This document shows positions 35,773 to 45,400 of a DNA stretch of 58,543 bases, in pieces. The notes beneath the pieces were generated by a model. That model had not been told where the DNA came from and ran no database searches. It worked only from the letters and a program-made list of their open reading frames with translations. The position numbers and the translations under genes were made by a program. Source of the DNA: a virus (taxonomy: Duplodnaviria > Caudoviricetes). Position 1 is the first letter of the stretch, and every line of letters begins with the position of its first letter. Where the stretch lies: positions 1-58,543 of the IMG/VR virus record IMGVR_UViG_3300032241_002115; one strand, written 5' to 3'.

Positions 35773-37220
35773 GTCGTTTCGATAACGAGCTGATCAAGCA
35801 GGCAGAAAATGCTTGGCAAGCTTATGGGCTATCAGGTGCTAGTGCAACTCCCGCTCGTCAGTTGCCACACCTTCAGGGCGTTCAGACCTACGCAGACGCA
35901 CTAGTACCACCAGAGGTACCTGTAGTAGAGCAGATTGCTCACAGCCCTTCCAACAGCCCAACAAACTCTGTTGGTCGCCTGCTTAACGTGCAAGACCTCG
36001 ACTCCGCTGATCCTCCCACCGGTCAGCCCGGTGAAATTATTGGTATGCCAGGCATGAGCCAGGTTTATGCCCTTGGTGGACCAGACCCCGCAACCATGCC
36101 AGGTGCACTTGTTCCCAGCACCGGCTTCGGTGGCCTTCTTGAGCAGCTTCCCCCAGGAAGCTTGGGAGCCAGTGAAATGCCAAAGGCTGCAAGCGTTGAG
36201 ACAGATGTTGACCCTATCGATGAGAGCCTGTACCAGATCTACAAGGCCAGTCGTGACATTCGTAATGCTATCGATGACGGTGCTGATTTTGACTTTTCTA
36301 CCATCATTACTGCCAGCAATGAGGCTGCAACAGTAGGCAAGTTTGCCAGTGCTGATAGAGATGTTAACGAGGTTATCGGAACAGTTGCCGCAATTATTGT
36401 TGACATTGAGAGTGACCTTATCAACACCGGTGACTACAAGCAGGCCAGCAGTGACCTTCAAGAGCTTGAGACTCTTCTAGACGAAATCAACAAGTTCGCC
36501 AAGAAGAAGGACAAGAAGAAGGGCAAGGGCAAGAAGGACAAGTCCAAGAAGTCCGACTGCAAGAACTGCAATGGCAAGGGTTGCGAGAAGTGTGAAGACG
36601 ACGACTCCGATGACAAGCCAGGTTGGATGAAGAAGAAGGGTACCAACGGTAACCAGGAGACTGGTGTAACCGTTGACGTTCGTGACCTGGATGACCAGGC
36701 TGGTGTCTGGGACCGTGCCCGTGTCATGACCCCTGACTACACCACAAATGTCCAAGAGGCCGAGCAGCTCAACGCAGAAGATGCCGGTTATGTACCAATC
36801 TACAACGACGGCAGTGGAACAGGAATCATTCCTGGCCAGGAGCCACACAAGCAGGAGGTTTTCCCCATGGATGCCAGTAACCCGGCATTTGTTCCTTACC
36901 AGAATGCGCTGGGTGCAGTACAGGCCAGCCGTGAAAAGATCTTCGAGAGCCTGGCTATCGTTGAGCGCCTTGAGAAGCTGGGCATGGTCCAAGATGTTGA
37001 CCGCGCCAAGCACCTCGCAAAGTTTGAGCAAATGGACAGTGCTAAGCTAGCAGGTTTTGTAGCCAGCCTGGACATGCTCGAAGAATCTGGGGCACGTCAA
37101 CCCCGGAGCCAAAAAGTGGCAAGTGGCAACAGCCGCCTGCCAGAGATGGGTCGGTTGACAACGGCCTCAACAACTAGCCGTGAGCAGCTTTCTGCTGACG
37201 ACTGGCTGATGACACTTTAA
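35769..37220 (+). CDS. capsid scaffolding protein
   Basis: Between protease and capsid genes; acidic and low-complexity; many K-x-A motifs; helical C-terminus. Confidence 0.7.
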   Translation: MSRFDNELIKQAENAWQAYGLSGASATPARQLPHLQGVQTYADALVPPEVPVVEQIAHSPSNSPTNSVGRLLNVQDLDSADPPTGQPGEIIGMPGMSQVYALGGPDPATMPGALVPSTGFGGLLEQLPPGSLGASEMPKAASVETDVDPIDESLYQIYKASRDIRNAIDDGADFDFSTIITASNEAATVGKFASADRDVNEVIGTVAAIIVDIESDLINTGDYKQASSDLQELETLLDEINKFAKKKDKKKGKGKKDKSKKSDCKNCNGKGCEKCEDDDSDDKPGWMKKKGTNGNQETGVTVDVRDLDDQAGVWDRARVMTPDYTTNVQEAEQLNAEDAGYVPIYNDGSGTGIIPGQEPHKQEVFPMDASNPAFVPYQNALGAVQASREKIFESLAIVERLEKLGMVQDVDRAKHLAKFEQMDSAKLAGFVASLDMLEESGARQPRSQKVASGNSRLPEMGRLTTASTTSREQLSADDWLMTL

Positions 37221-37247
37221 CAGAATCCCCTACAAGGAGAAAGAAAG

Positions 37248-37781
37248 ATGCTGCAACTCAATAGCGTAGCTAATGTTGGGGTCCACCGTACGTGCACCCC
37301 ACTGTACGAAAAGTATGAGGCTACTCCATACAACACGTTCCTGGACCCCAGTGACACCACCAACATCTACTCGGGCATGGTCATGTACCGCAGTGGACCT
37401 GACACAGTTGCCAACGCTGGTAGCGTTGCTACGATCAGTGGTGCTAAGCCTTTCGGCCTTAGTGCTCTTGACCGCAACCCCAACATTGATGACGTAACTC
37501 AGGTTGGTATCAACAGCTGGGCTGTTTGGCTCGGCGGTAGTAACGCGTTCTTCACGATTACTGCCCCTGCTTTTGACACCACTCAGGCTTACACGGTCCC
37601 CAGCAATGGTACGCGTCAGTACCTGTACACCGCTAGTGGTACTGGACAGCTGACCTCATCAGCTGGTACCAGTTCTGTTACCGGTAGCATCTGCGCCGTT
37701 CCAGTCGCTGAACTGATCGATGTTATCAGCCCAACGCAAATTGTTGTCCGTCTAGCCACTGGTTTGGCTACCGCCAACTAA
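37248..37781 (+). CDS. capsid decoration/cement protein
   Basis: Immediately upstream of the MCP; IYSGMVM...PFGLSA beta-tulip-like pattern; high-expression codon bias. Confidence 0.7.
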   Translation: MLQLNSVANVGVHRTCTPLYEKYEATPYNTFLDPSDTTNIYSGMVMYRSGPDTVANAGSVATISGAKPFGLSALDRNPNIDDVTQVGINSWAVWLGGSNAFFTITAPAFDTTQAYTVPSNGTRQYLYTASGTGQLTSSAGTSSVTGSICAVPVAELIDVISPTQIVVRLATGLATAN

Positions 37782-37802
37782 TTAAGGAAAGGTAAATTAA
37801 TC

Positions 37803-38813
37803 ATGAGTATTTCCCCTAATGGCGCTGTAGCGGACCACCTGGCCCCAAGAACAGCCAAGAAGTCGGATGACTACGTATCCGGTATCGTAGAGGCTCAAGA
37901 GCGTCTCGCATCGGCAACTGGTCGTAAGACTGCAACGCGTGAGGAAAAGCAGCGTCGTCTTGCTGGTATACTTGCTGACAAGGACAACTACATGGTCCGT
38001 CTGGGCCAGGGTATGATTGGTCCTATCCAGCTGAAGCTTCGTTATCAGGGTATGACCCGTAACGTACTTCTCGAGGACCCACTGACCCCTGGTGTACCTG
38101 TCATGTACGACGTACTTGACGAGTACGGTCAGGCCTACATCCTGTCGGGTAACGAGGGTGAGGTTCGTGTAACCCCATTCGAAGGTAAGAAGGTTCCGGT
38201 CCGCCTGTTCCGTATTGCCACCTTCCCACAGATCAAGAAGGAAGACCTCTGGTACCTGCGTGTTAACATCGTTGAGTACGCTCAGGACATGAGCAAGCAG
38301 GCCATCATGATGCAGGAAGACGCCCGTCTTATCACTGTTCTTGAAGCCGCTATCAACAACTACGCTGTTGACCCCAACCACACGGTCAGCCCCAACCACG
38401 TAGTCAACGAGCTTTCGGGTTACATCACCCCTGACTCGATGTACGACCTGGTTGCCCTCATCGAGGTCCACCAGTTGGAGGCTAGCCGTCTGCTGTTCAA
38501 CCCCATCGACTACCGTGACCTCTACAAGTGGGACATCAACCAGACCGGTTGGGCCTTCAAGGACCGCGTCGTAGCCGGTGAGCGTATCGTTCAGTTCGGT
38601 GGTTTCCAGGTACAGCGCAGCATCGAGGTCCCCCAGGGCACCGTTTACATGACCCCAAGCCCCGAGTTCCTCGGTGTATTCCCTGTCATGTACAGCCTCG
38701 ACGTTGAAGAGAACCACACCCCTGAGAAGTTCCACAAGGGTTGGGTCATGGACGAGCTCGTCAGCGAGATTGTTCTTAACCCACGTGGCCTCGGCAAGAT
38801 CGTCAAGGCCTAG
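37803..38813 (+). CDS. major capsid protein (HK97 fold)
   Basis: Position; strongest codon bias; LRYQGMTRNVLLED...QEDARL...GWVMDELVSEIVLNPRG. Confidence 0.9.
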   Translation: MSISPNGAVADHLAPRTAKKSDDYVSGIVEAQERLASATGRKTATREEKQRRLAGILADKDNYMVRLGQGMIGPIQLKLRYQGMTRNVLLEDPLTPGVPVMYDVLDEYGQAYILSGNEGEVRVTPFEGKKVPVRLFRIATFPQIKKEDLWYLRVNIVEYAQDMSKQAIMMQEDARLITVLEAAINNYAVDPNHTVSPNHVVNELSGYITPDSMYDLVALIEVHQLEASRLLFNPIDYRDLYKWDINQTGWAFKDRVVAGERIVQFGGFQVQRSIEVPQGTVYMTPSPEFLGVFPVMYSLDVEENHTPEKFHKGWVMDELVSEIVLNPRGLGKIVKA

Positions 38814-38822
38814 TAGTACCTG

Positions 38823-38881
38823 CAGCACTAGCCGGGGGGCGATCCCTGCGAAAGTAAATCGCCCCGGCACTTGCTGTTTTA
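38823..38881 (+). terminator. intrinsic terminator after the MCP gene
   Basis: CAGCA..GCCGGGG..GCGAT / ATCGC..CCCGGC..TGCTG followed by TTTT. Confidence 0.65.
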
Positions 38882-38950
38882 TATAAAACACATCTAGAAT
38901 TCCTAGATCTGTTAGGGCAGCCAAGCCCCTTGAAACAAGGAGAATAAAAA

Positions 38951-39517
38951 ATGGCAAGAAGCGTATCACGATCCAGCGATGTCAGCAGCGAGAGCGTCAG
39001 TGTTCCGGTAACGGATCTTGGCGGTCACCTTGAAGACCATCGTCCAGACCCATCAGACCTTAGCGCTGCAAGAACCAGCGGTGCTGTTAACTTTCAGGGC
39101 CTCAAGAACATCCAGACAGATGACTGGATTGAGAACCTGATGACAGGCAGTACTCTGTTCCGTAGTGACAAGGGCAGCTTCAAGTTGGCTGCTGCTGGTT
39201 ACCACGGTAGTATTCAACCTATTGCAGCAGAAATTCGTCAGGACCCATACATCCTGAGAGCTGTACAGCGTGGCAGAATCGCATTCATCAATGAAGAAGT
39301 TGCCATGGAAAAGATCTCAACTCTTGTGGATGAGAGCGATGCTAGTGAAAGCCACCTGGATCGACTCCGTGAGAGCCTGTCTGCTGGTGCTAGCGACAAT
39401 AATGGCATGTACAAGATTGATCTTCCAGATGAGGCAGAGCCCAAGGGCCCAAGCCAGAGCTGGGAGCAAGTTTGGAATAATAGCACTAGTAACCCAAAGC
39501 CTAAACCGACCAAGTAG
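38951..39517 (+). CDS. hypothetical protein downstream of the MCP
   Basis: AAGGAG RBS. Confidence 0.75.
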   Translation: MARSVSRSSDVSSESVSVPVTDLGGHLEDHRPDPSDLSAARTSGAVNFQGLKNIQTDDWIENLMTGSTLFRSDKGSFKLAAAGYHGSIQPIAAEIRQDPYILRAVQRGRIAFINEEVAMEKISTLVDESDASESHLDRLRESLSAGASDNNGMYKIDLPDEAEPKGPSQSWEQVWNNSTSNPKPKPTK

Positions 39518-39556
39518 ATAGTAGGGCTGTTGCTCTACTGTTAATAAGGAGCACAT

Positions 39557-39835
39557 ATGAGCAACAACACAGAAAAAGCAGCAGCCCCCGTAGAGGAAAC
39601 TTTTGTTGCTGACAGTGAGCCACTGAAGGCCGTAATCCCTAGCGGCACTGTGCTCAGCGGTACCACATACTCCAATGAGCCCTGGTTCAACGTATGGCTG
39701 CCACAGACATTCGCAGGAGCTGTAAGTGGTGGGTATGCAAAGCCATCGCTTAGTGGTAACGGCTGGGCTGGGCAGAACAACACTGGATTTGTATTCCAGA
39801 ATGACCAGTACAACACAACCAACAGAGGCTTCTAG
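39557..39835 (+). CDS. small virion protein
   Basis: AAGGAG RBS; SG motifs. Confidence 0.65.
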   Translation: MSNNTEKAAAPVEETFVADSEPLKAVIPSGTVLSGTTYSNEPWFNVWLPQTFAGAVSGGYAKPSLSGNGWAGQNNTGFVFQNDQYNTTNRGF

Positions 39836-39888
39836 AGTTCTGTGCGCTCACTACCCAGGAAATCTTTTAAAAGAATAGGTGACATATA

Positions 39889-40629
39889 ATGCCAATAACC
39901 CCAAATGTTTCTCAGGAGCAGGCAAACAAGCAGGCACTACGTGCACAAACGCGTGCTGGTGTTACTCCTGCCAACCCAAACCCACCAGTTGACGAGGCAA
40001 TCCTTGTTAATGCTTTCTCTCAGGCCAGTGGTATTCTGCGTCTGACGGGCGTTCTGAGTGGTAGTACATTCACAATAAGTGGTCCCGGTGGTAACAGTGC
40101 AACTATCACCGGTAGTACTGCCAAGGTAAGCGACCTGGTCACTGCTCTTGGTAACGGCCCTCTCAGCTCCACTAGCTTTGTTGTTAACGCTGGCCCTGCT
40201 CAGCTTCTCAAGGGTAACACCGGTGCAGCTAATGGTGGCGCTGTTGTTGACATCATTGTCCCCAGTGGTTCTGTTCTAACGGTTATCTCTGTTAGTGGAA
40301 CTGCACCATCGCTGTCAGCTGTAACTCTTACTGGGTCTCTTGCTACAAGCTACCCCAGCTACGTTGGTACGCCTAACGCTACTCCAAACTGGACAGACGA
40401 TGTAACCGTCCACTACTACCCCGTTGGCTTTGGTGGAATGATTTCCAACAGCACCATCCTTACCGGTGGCACCACGATCACAACCACTGGCACGCTCACA
40501 CAGCAGCAGCAGGTTCGTCAGATCAGCACTCAGGTTAGTGAGACTCAAGAGTATGATGGATACTTTGCCACCTACAGTGGTAACCTATACCAGACAGCAC
40601 AGAAGAGAACCTGGCGCCAGCAGAGCTAA
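39889..40629 (+). CDS. S/G/T-rich virion structural protein
   Basis: Beta-rich composition; structural-gene position. Confidence 0.7.
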   Translation: MPITPNVSQEQANKQALRAQTRAGVTPANPNPPVDEAILVNAFSQASGILRLTGVLSGSTFTISGPGGNSATITGSTAKVSDLVTALGNGPLSSTSFVVNAGPAQLLKGNTGAANGGAVVDIIVPSGSVLTVISVSGTAPSLSAVTLTGSLATSYPSYVGTPNATPNWTDDVTVHYYPVGFGGMISNSTILTGGTTITTTGTLTQQQQVRQISTQVSETQEYDGYFATYSGNLYQTAQKRTWRQQS

Positions 40630-40728
40630 TGAACGAAATCATTGCGAACGTAAGTGTCGTATCAATACAAATAATAAGAAGCGACGGTACTCAGGAGTTC
40701 CTGGGTGCCGTTACTTCGTCAAAGGAAG

Positions 40729-41352
40729 ATGATGATAACCACAGCCTTGACCAGTCAGGTGAGAAGTAGCCTGGCTGCAGTTATAGTTGGAAGCGGGTAC
40801 GCAGCAGCTCAACCCAGATACATGCAGTGGGGTACTGGGACAGCACAGGCACTGGGAACTGATGAAACCATCAGTGAACCGTCTGGCAACAGAGTGGCCG
40901 TTTCTGGAAAGTTTGAAACAACTCTCACACAGAATGATACGCTGGTTTTAACAGCAGCTCTTACCAGCTCTGGACCACAGGTTATCACCAACCTGGGTTT
41001 GTTCAGCAGTGGAACCAGCTCGGCAGATACTGTTCTAACAGCACAGCTTAATCCTGGCAGTACAACAGTTAGTGTAGCTGATGCCAGTAGTTTCCCCAAC
41101 TCATACCCTTTTGATGTGCAGGTTCTGAGTGAGGTGATGACAGTGGTTTCCGGGCTGGGTAATACCTGGACGGTGCAGCGCGCAACCAATGGTAGTCCGG
41201 TCAGCGCCAATGTAATACCAGCTGGTATTCGCGTAGTAGGTGGGAACAACACTGCTAATGGTAAGATGTTCTTGAAGTCCAGTTTTATAGATGGAGTAAT
41301 GCTTAATCCTGGCGACACAATGTTGGTAAGTGCTAGTATTCAGTTTATTTAA
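40729..41352 (+). CDS. virion structural protein (fibre/collar-like)
   Basis: YMQWGTGT...ITNLGLF motif of fibre-base proteins. Confidence 0.65.
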   Translation: MMITTALTSQVRSSLAAVIVGSGYAAAQPRYMQWGTGTAQALGTDETISEPSGNRVAVSGKFETTLTQNDTLVLTAALTSSGPQVITNLGLFSSGTSSADTVLTAQLNPGSTTVSVADASSFPNSYPFDVQVLSEVMTVVSGLGNTWTVQRATNGSPVSANVIPAGIRVVGGNNTANGKMFLKSSFIDGVMLNPGDTMLVSASIQFI

Positions 41353-41360
41353 GGTGGAAA

Positions 41361-41726
41361 ATGCAGGTACAACTAGGCAATCAGTACCCAAAGCTGGCCA
41401 GTCTTACCGATAGTTCACCAATAGTAACTTATATAAATATTCCTGATAGCTATACTGTAACAAGCGCAAACGCAACAGATATTGCTTCAAAGTTTTCTAG
41501 TGATCCAGATATAACCAAACTGGCAGAGCATGAAGCATTCGTTGCTGTGGTGCACAATAGTGGAGTTTGGCAAACACATGGTTATGGAAACCCAATATGG
41601 GTATGGAGCGATAACCCAATCTTGCAAAAGCAACTGCAAGATTTTTATGGTGTAGGTGATCGTCCATCTGATTATGAAAGTACTCATTATACACTGAATA
41701 AAGTCTCTGGCGGTGAACAAATATGA
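41361..41726 (+). CDS. hypothetical protein
   Basis: AAGGTGG RBS; tiles within the operon. Confidence 0.65.
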   Translation: MQVQLGNQYPKLASLTDSSPIVTYINIPDSYTVTSANATDIASKFSSDPDITKLAEHEAFVAVVHNSGVWQTHGYGNPIWVWSDNPILQKQLQDFYGVGDRPSDYESTHYTLNKVSGGEQI

Positions 41727-42451
41727 TTGTTAATCAGGGACGTTTGATGTGGGCAAGAGGTCTATTCGGAGCTGGTATCTGGAGCTCATCTGTATCATCT
41801 AGCACACCAGTTTCATGGGGTGGGTTTGGTAGCTCTGCAACTATTAATAGCTATACTATAAATAGTATTACTACAAGTAGTGGATCACTACAAGGCAATA
41901 CTCTAGTGGTATTTTCACCCAGCACAGGATCAGTAGTTTATTCAAATGTACTTGACAATCCATCCGCTAATCATAACCGATGCACTTTGTCAATAGATCA
42001 ATGGTACACACCCGGAACAGATGGTACTGTACCGGGCAAAATTCCAGAGAATAGTACCAGTTATCTATTGTTTACTGGTCTATCTCCCAGCTGGTATGTA
42101 GCACTGGGTAATGGTGATATGTCAACCATCAATAACTCAACAACTAATCTACCAGGTGAAATAACCACTAGCGGGCTGAAACGCAAACCCGGTGTTGTGG
42201 CGATGTCTGCTGCACCATCGAGTGCAACAACAAGTGGTAATACTGTTATTACTATAACATCAGTATTTACAGCTGGCAATCGTGATACTCTACCAGCAAT
42301 AATTAACGGCATTGGATTGTTTAATACTCTTGGCACAGCATCTGGCACAGGATATACTGGTTTGATGTTTGCTACACCGTTTAGTGTTAGTGCACAACTC
42401 AACTCAATTGGTGACCAGCTAACAGTCACAGAACAGATTACTGGACCTTAA
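41723..42451 (+). CDS. virion structural protein, related to 40729..41352
   Basis: YVALGNG...INGIGLF...GDQLTVT. Confidence 0.65.
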   Translation: MIVNQGRLMWARGLFGAGIWSSSVSSSTPVSWGGFGSSATINSYTINSITTSSGSLQGNTLVVFSPSTGSVVYSNVLDNPSANHNRCTLSIDQWYTPGTDGTVPGKIPENSTSYLLFTGLSPSWYVALGNGDMSTINNSTTNLPGEITTSGLKRKPGVVAMSAAPSSATTSGNTVITITSVFTAGNRDTLPAIINGIGLFNTLGTASGTGYTGLMFATPFSVSAQLNSIGDQLTVTEQITGP

Positions 42452-42455
42452 TATC

Positions 42456-45400
42456 ATGGCATTAATAATACCTGAATCACAGAGTTCACCAACATGGCCA
42501 GCTCAGGCTGTTCTTGATAATACTGATCTTAACTCACTATATCTGCTCGGCCAGGCGACTGGTGTTATCAGTGGATTTGTACTATCTGGCAGCCTTAGCA
42601 ACCCTAGCAGCACAATTATTAGTGGCAACATAACATCTGGAACTTATACTATTAGTGGTACATATACTAGTGTATCATCATCTAATTTCATAACATTGCC
42701 TGCTAGCACAGGTGACCGAAGAGATATAGTAGTGGCAAGTGGTACAACTATATCAGTAATAAAAGGCAATGCCATCACTATCGCTGGCTGGAATAACTCT
42801 AGCCTTGTAGATCCTCCTGTCAAGCCAGCTGTACCATCAGGGTGCATGCTTATTGCTGAGGTATACATACCTGGTACTTCAGTATTTACTGCACTAGATA
42901 ATAGTTGGTATATAGACAAAACAGCTATATTTGTTCCAATTCCTGGCCCGCAAGGTGTCCAGGGCAACCAAGGAGTACAGGGCAACCAAGGAGTACAAGG
43001 CAACCAAGGATCTCTTGGTTCACAGGGAACACAGGGATACCAAGGGCTATCCGGCACTCAAGGATCGCAAGGCGCTAATGGATTACAAGGCAATCAAGGC
43101 CAACAGGGTTTGCAGGGATATCAGGGTTTGCAGGGATATCAGGGCAATCAAGGCCAACAGGGTTTGCAGGGATATCAGGGCAATCAGGGTTTACAAGGGT
43201 ACCAGGGCTTACAAGGTGCTATAGGTCTCCAAGGCTATCAAGGCTATCAAGGTCCACAAGGCTCGCAAGGTTACCAAGGCAACCAGGGATATCAAGGGTA
43301 TCAATCCAGTGTGCAAGGACCACAAGGTTACCAAGGCTATCAAGGATTTTTGGGAGCTCAGGGTCTACAGGGCTTCCAAGGAGTAGTAACGGGTAGTACT
43401 CCGCCTAGTGATGTAGGTATCCTATTTTTAGACACTACTGCTAGTGGCTATGGCACACAGGGGCCACAAGGTTTTCAGGGCTATCAGGGATTTCAAGGTA
43501 GTCAGGGCTACCAATCAGGTGTACAGGGATATCAGGGTTACCAAGGCTACCAGGGCAATCAAGGTTTCCAAGGTGTCATAGGTAATACTGGAGCACAAGG
43601 CTATCAAGGCTACCAAGGCTACCAAGGAAACCAAGGTTTCCAGGGTTATCAAGGATCACAAGGTTTCCAAGGTTTCCAAGGAACTGTACAGATAGCTAAC
43701 ACTACCGTTACATCTGGAACTACTAACTACATAGCATCTTCTTCCGATAATGGCAAGATGATATTGATTTCTGGTGCGAGCCCAAACTTAATATTACCAT
43801 CAGGAGGATTGCCAGCTCCTTGGTTTGCCACATATGTTAATATTGGTACTGGCCAAATGATAGTTGGAAAATCTGGTACAGATTCAACTACTCAACTTAA
43901 TAGATCATCTAGTTCATACTTTCCAACCGCTGCTCAACCATTTTTTGTATGGTCAGACGGTACACAGTATTTTTGTAACCCCGGTCTAACTGCTCAAGCA
44001 TACACTTTTGCATTAGCTGGACCAAACATAACACTTACGGGGACCAGTGGATCACTCCCCACCAACAGTAAAGTGGTTTACAACGGTAATGCAAACGCAA
44101 ACTTTACTATTCCCTATAGTACAAATCAAAATACCGGACAGCCACAATACCTTACAAACGCTTCTAACTATAGTATTACCATTGCTCCAGTATCAGGAAC
44201 TCTATATGTTGGTACAAATGCAATTAGCGGTTCATCGTCGTACACTCTAGGCCCTGGCACTTCAATGATGTATAGTGCCACTAGCAATACTACCCTTTAC
44301 GCAATTGATATTGGAGGCACTTCTCAAGTAGCTGGCCCCGTACTTACAGTAACTGGTACGGCATATACTGCACAGACTTCTGACAATGGTAGAACTATAC
44401 AATTTACCAATACTGGTACATCTAGTTATACCCTACCTTCAGGTGGTATGACACCACCATGGTTTGTAACTGCAGTAGCAATTAGTGGTAATGCACAGTT
44501 CTATACTGCTCCAGCAAGTGGTGCAACCCTTAATGGGTTATCTAACTCTACTCAATTTGGCCTATACTCTACTGTTGGTAAACCAATGTTTATCTGGTCA
44601 GATGGCTCCAATTACTATGCCAATCTTGGTATGAGTCAAAATGCCTATGCCAAAGCCTATAATGAATCAACAACACAGATTTTTACTGGGTCTAGTGGGC
44701 AAATGAACTTCGGTTCTAGAGTGGTCTATAGTGGTACCGGTAATAGTACAATTACACTACCACAATATGGTGGTAACTTTCCACTAGCAAATACACTTAT
44801 AAATGTTTCAGCTACTGGCGTAGTCACCATAGGCATTAACCCAAGCCAGACACTTTATGCCGGTACAGCTTCTTATGTTAGTGGTACTGGCCCTGTTTTT
44901 ACAGTACCACCTGGTGGATCTTACAACTTCCAAAGTCAAGCAAGTAACACTATCTATGCTTATGCTGCCAGCCCTCAGACAATAACCGGTGACCTAACTG
45001 TTAACTCTATTGGAGCAGCAACTGTTGTAAGTTCAAGTGGTAACTTTACAGTTGGCAGTGGACTAACCGTTAGCGGTACTAGTACTCATATTGGGGCAGC
45101 AACATTTAGCGGAACAGTGAGTATTAGTGGTAATGCTGTGCTGACTAGTGGATATGGTGCAGGTGGAGACCTAACTGGAACTTACCCCAGTCCGACTCTC
45201 GCTGCAGCTGGCACTTCAGGTACTTATGGTAGTGCATCCCTAGTTCCAATTATTACTACAGATACAAAGGGTCGCGTAACCTCTGTTAGTACTGCCGCAC
45301 CACTAGATGCCACCAAGTTGCCAACATCTGGTGGCACCATAAATGGTAACCTAGTAGTTGCTAGTGGTCTAACAGTTAGTGGTACCAGCACTTTAAACAC

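Noticed and set aside
37797-38969. Long antisense ORFs (390 aa over the MCP; also 17105..18016, 27525..28235, 5821..6408 and others)
   Set aside because: These are shadows of codon-biased genes on the opposite strand, with no RBS or recognisable motifs.
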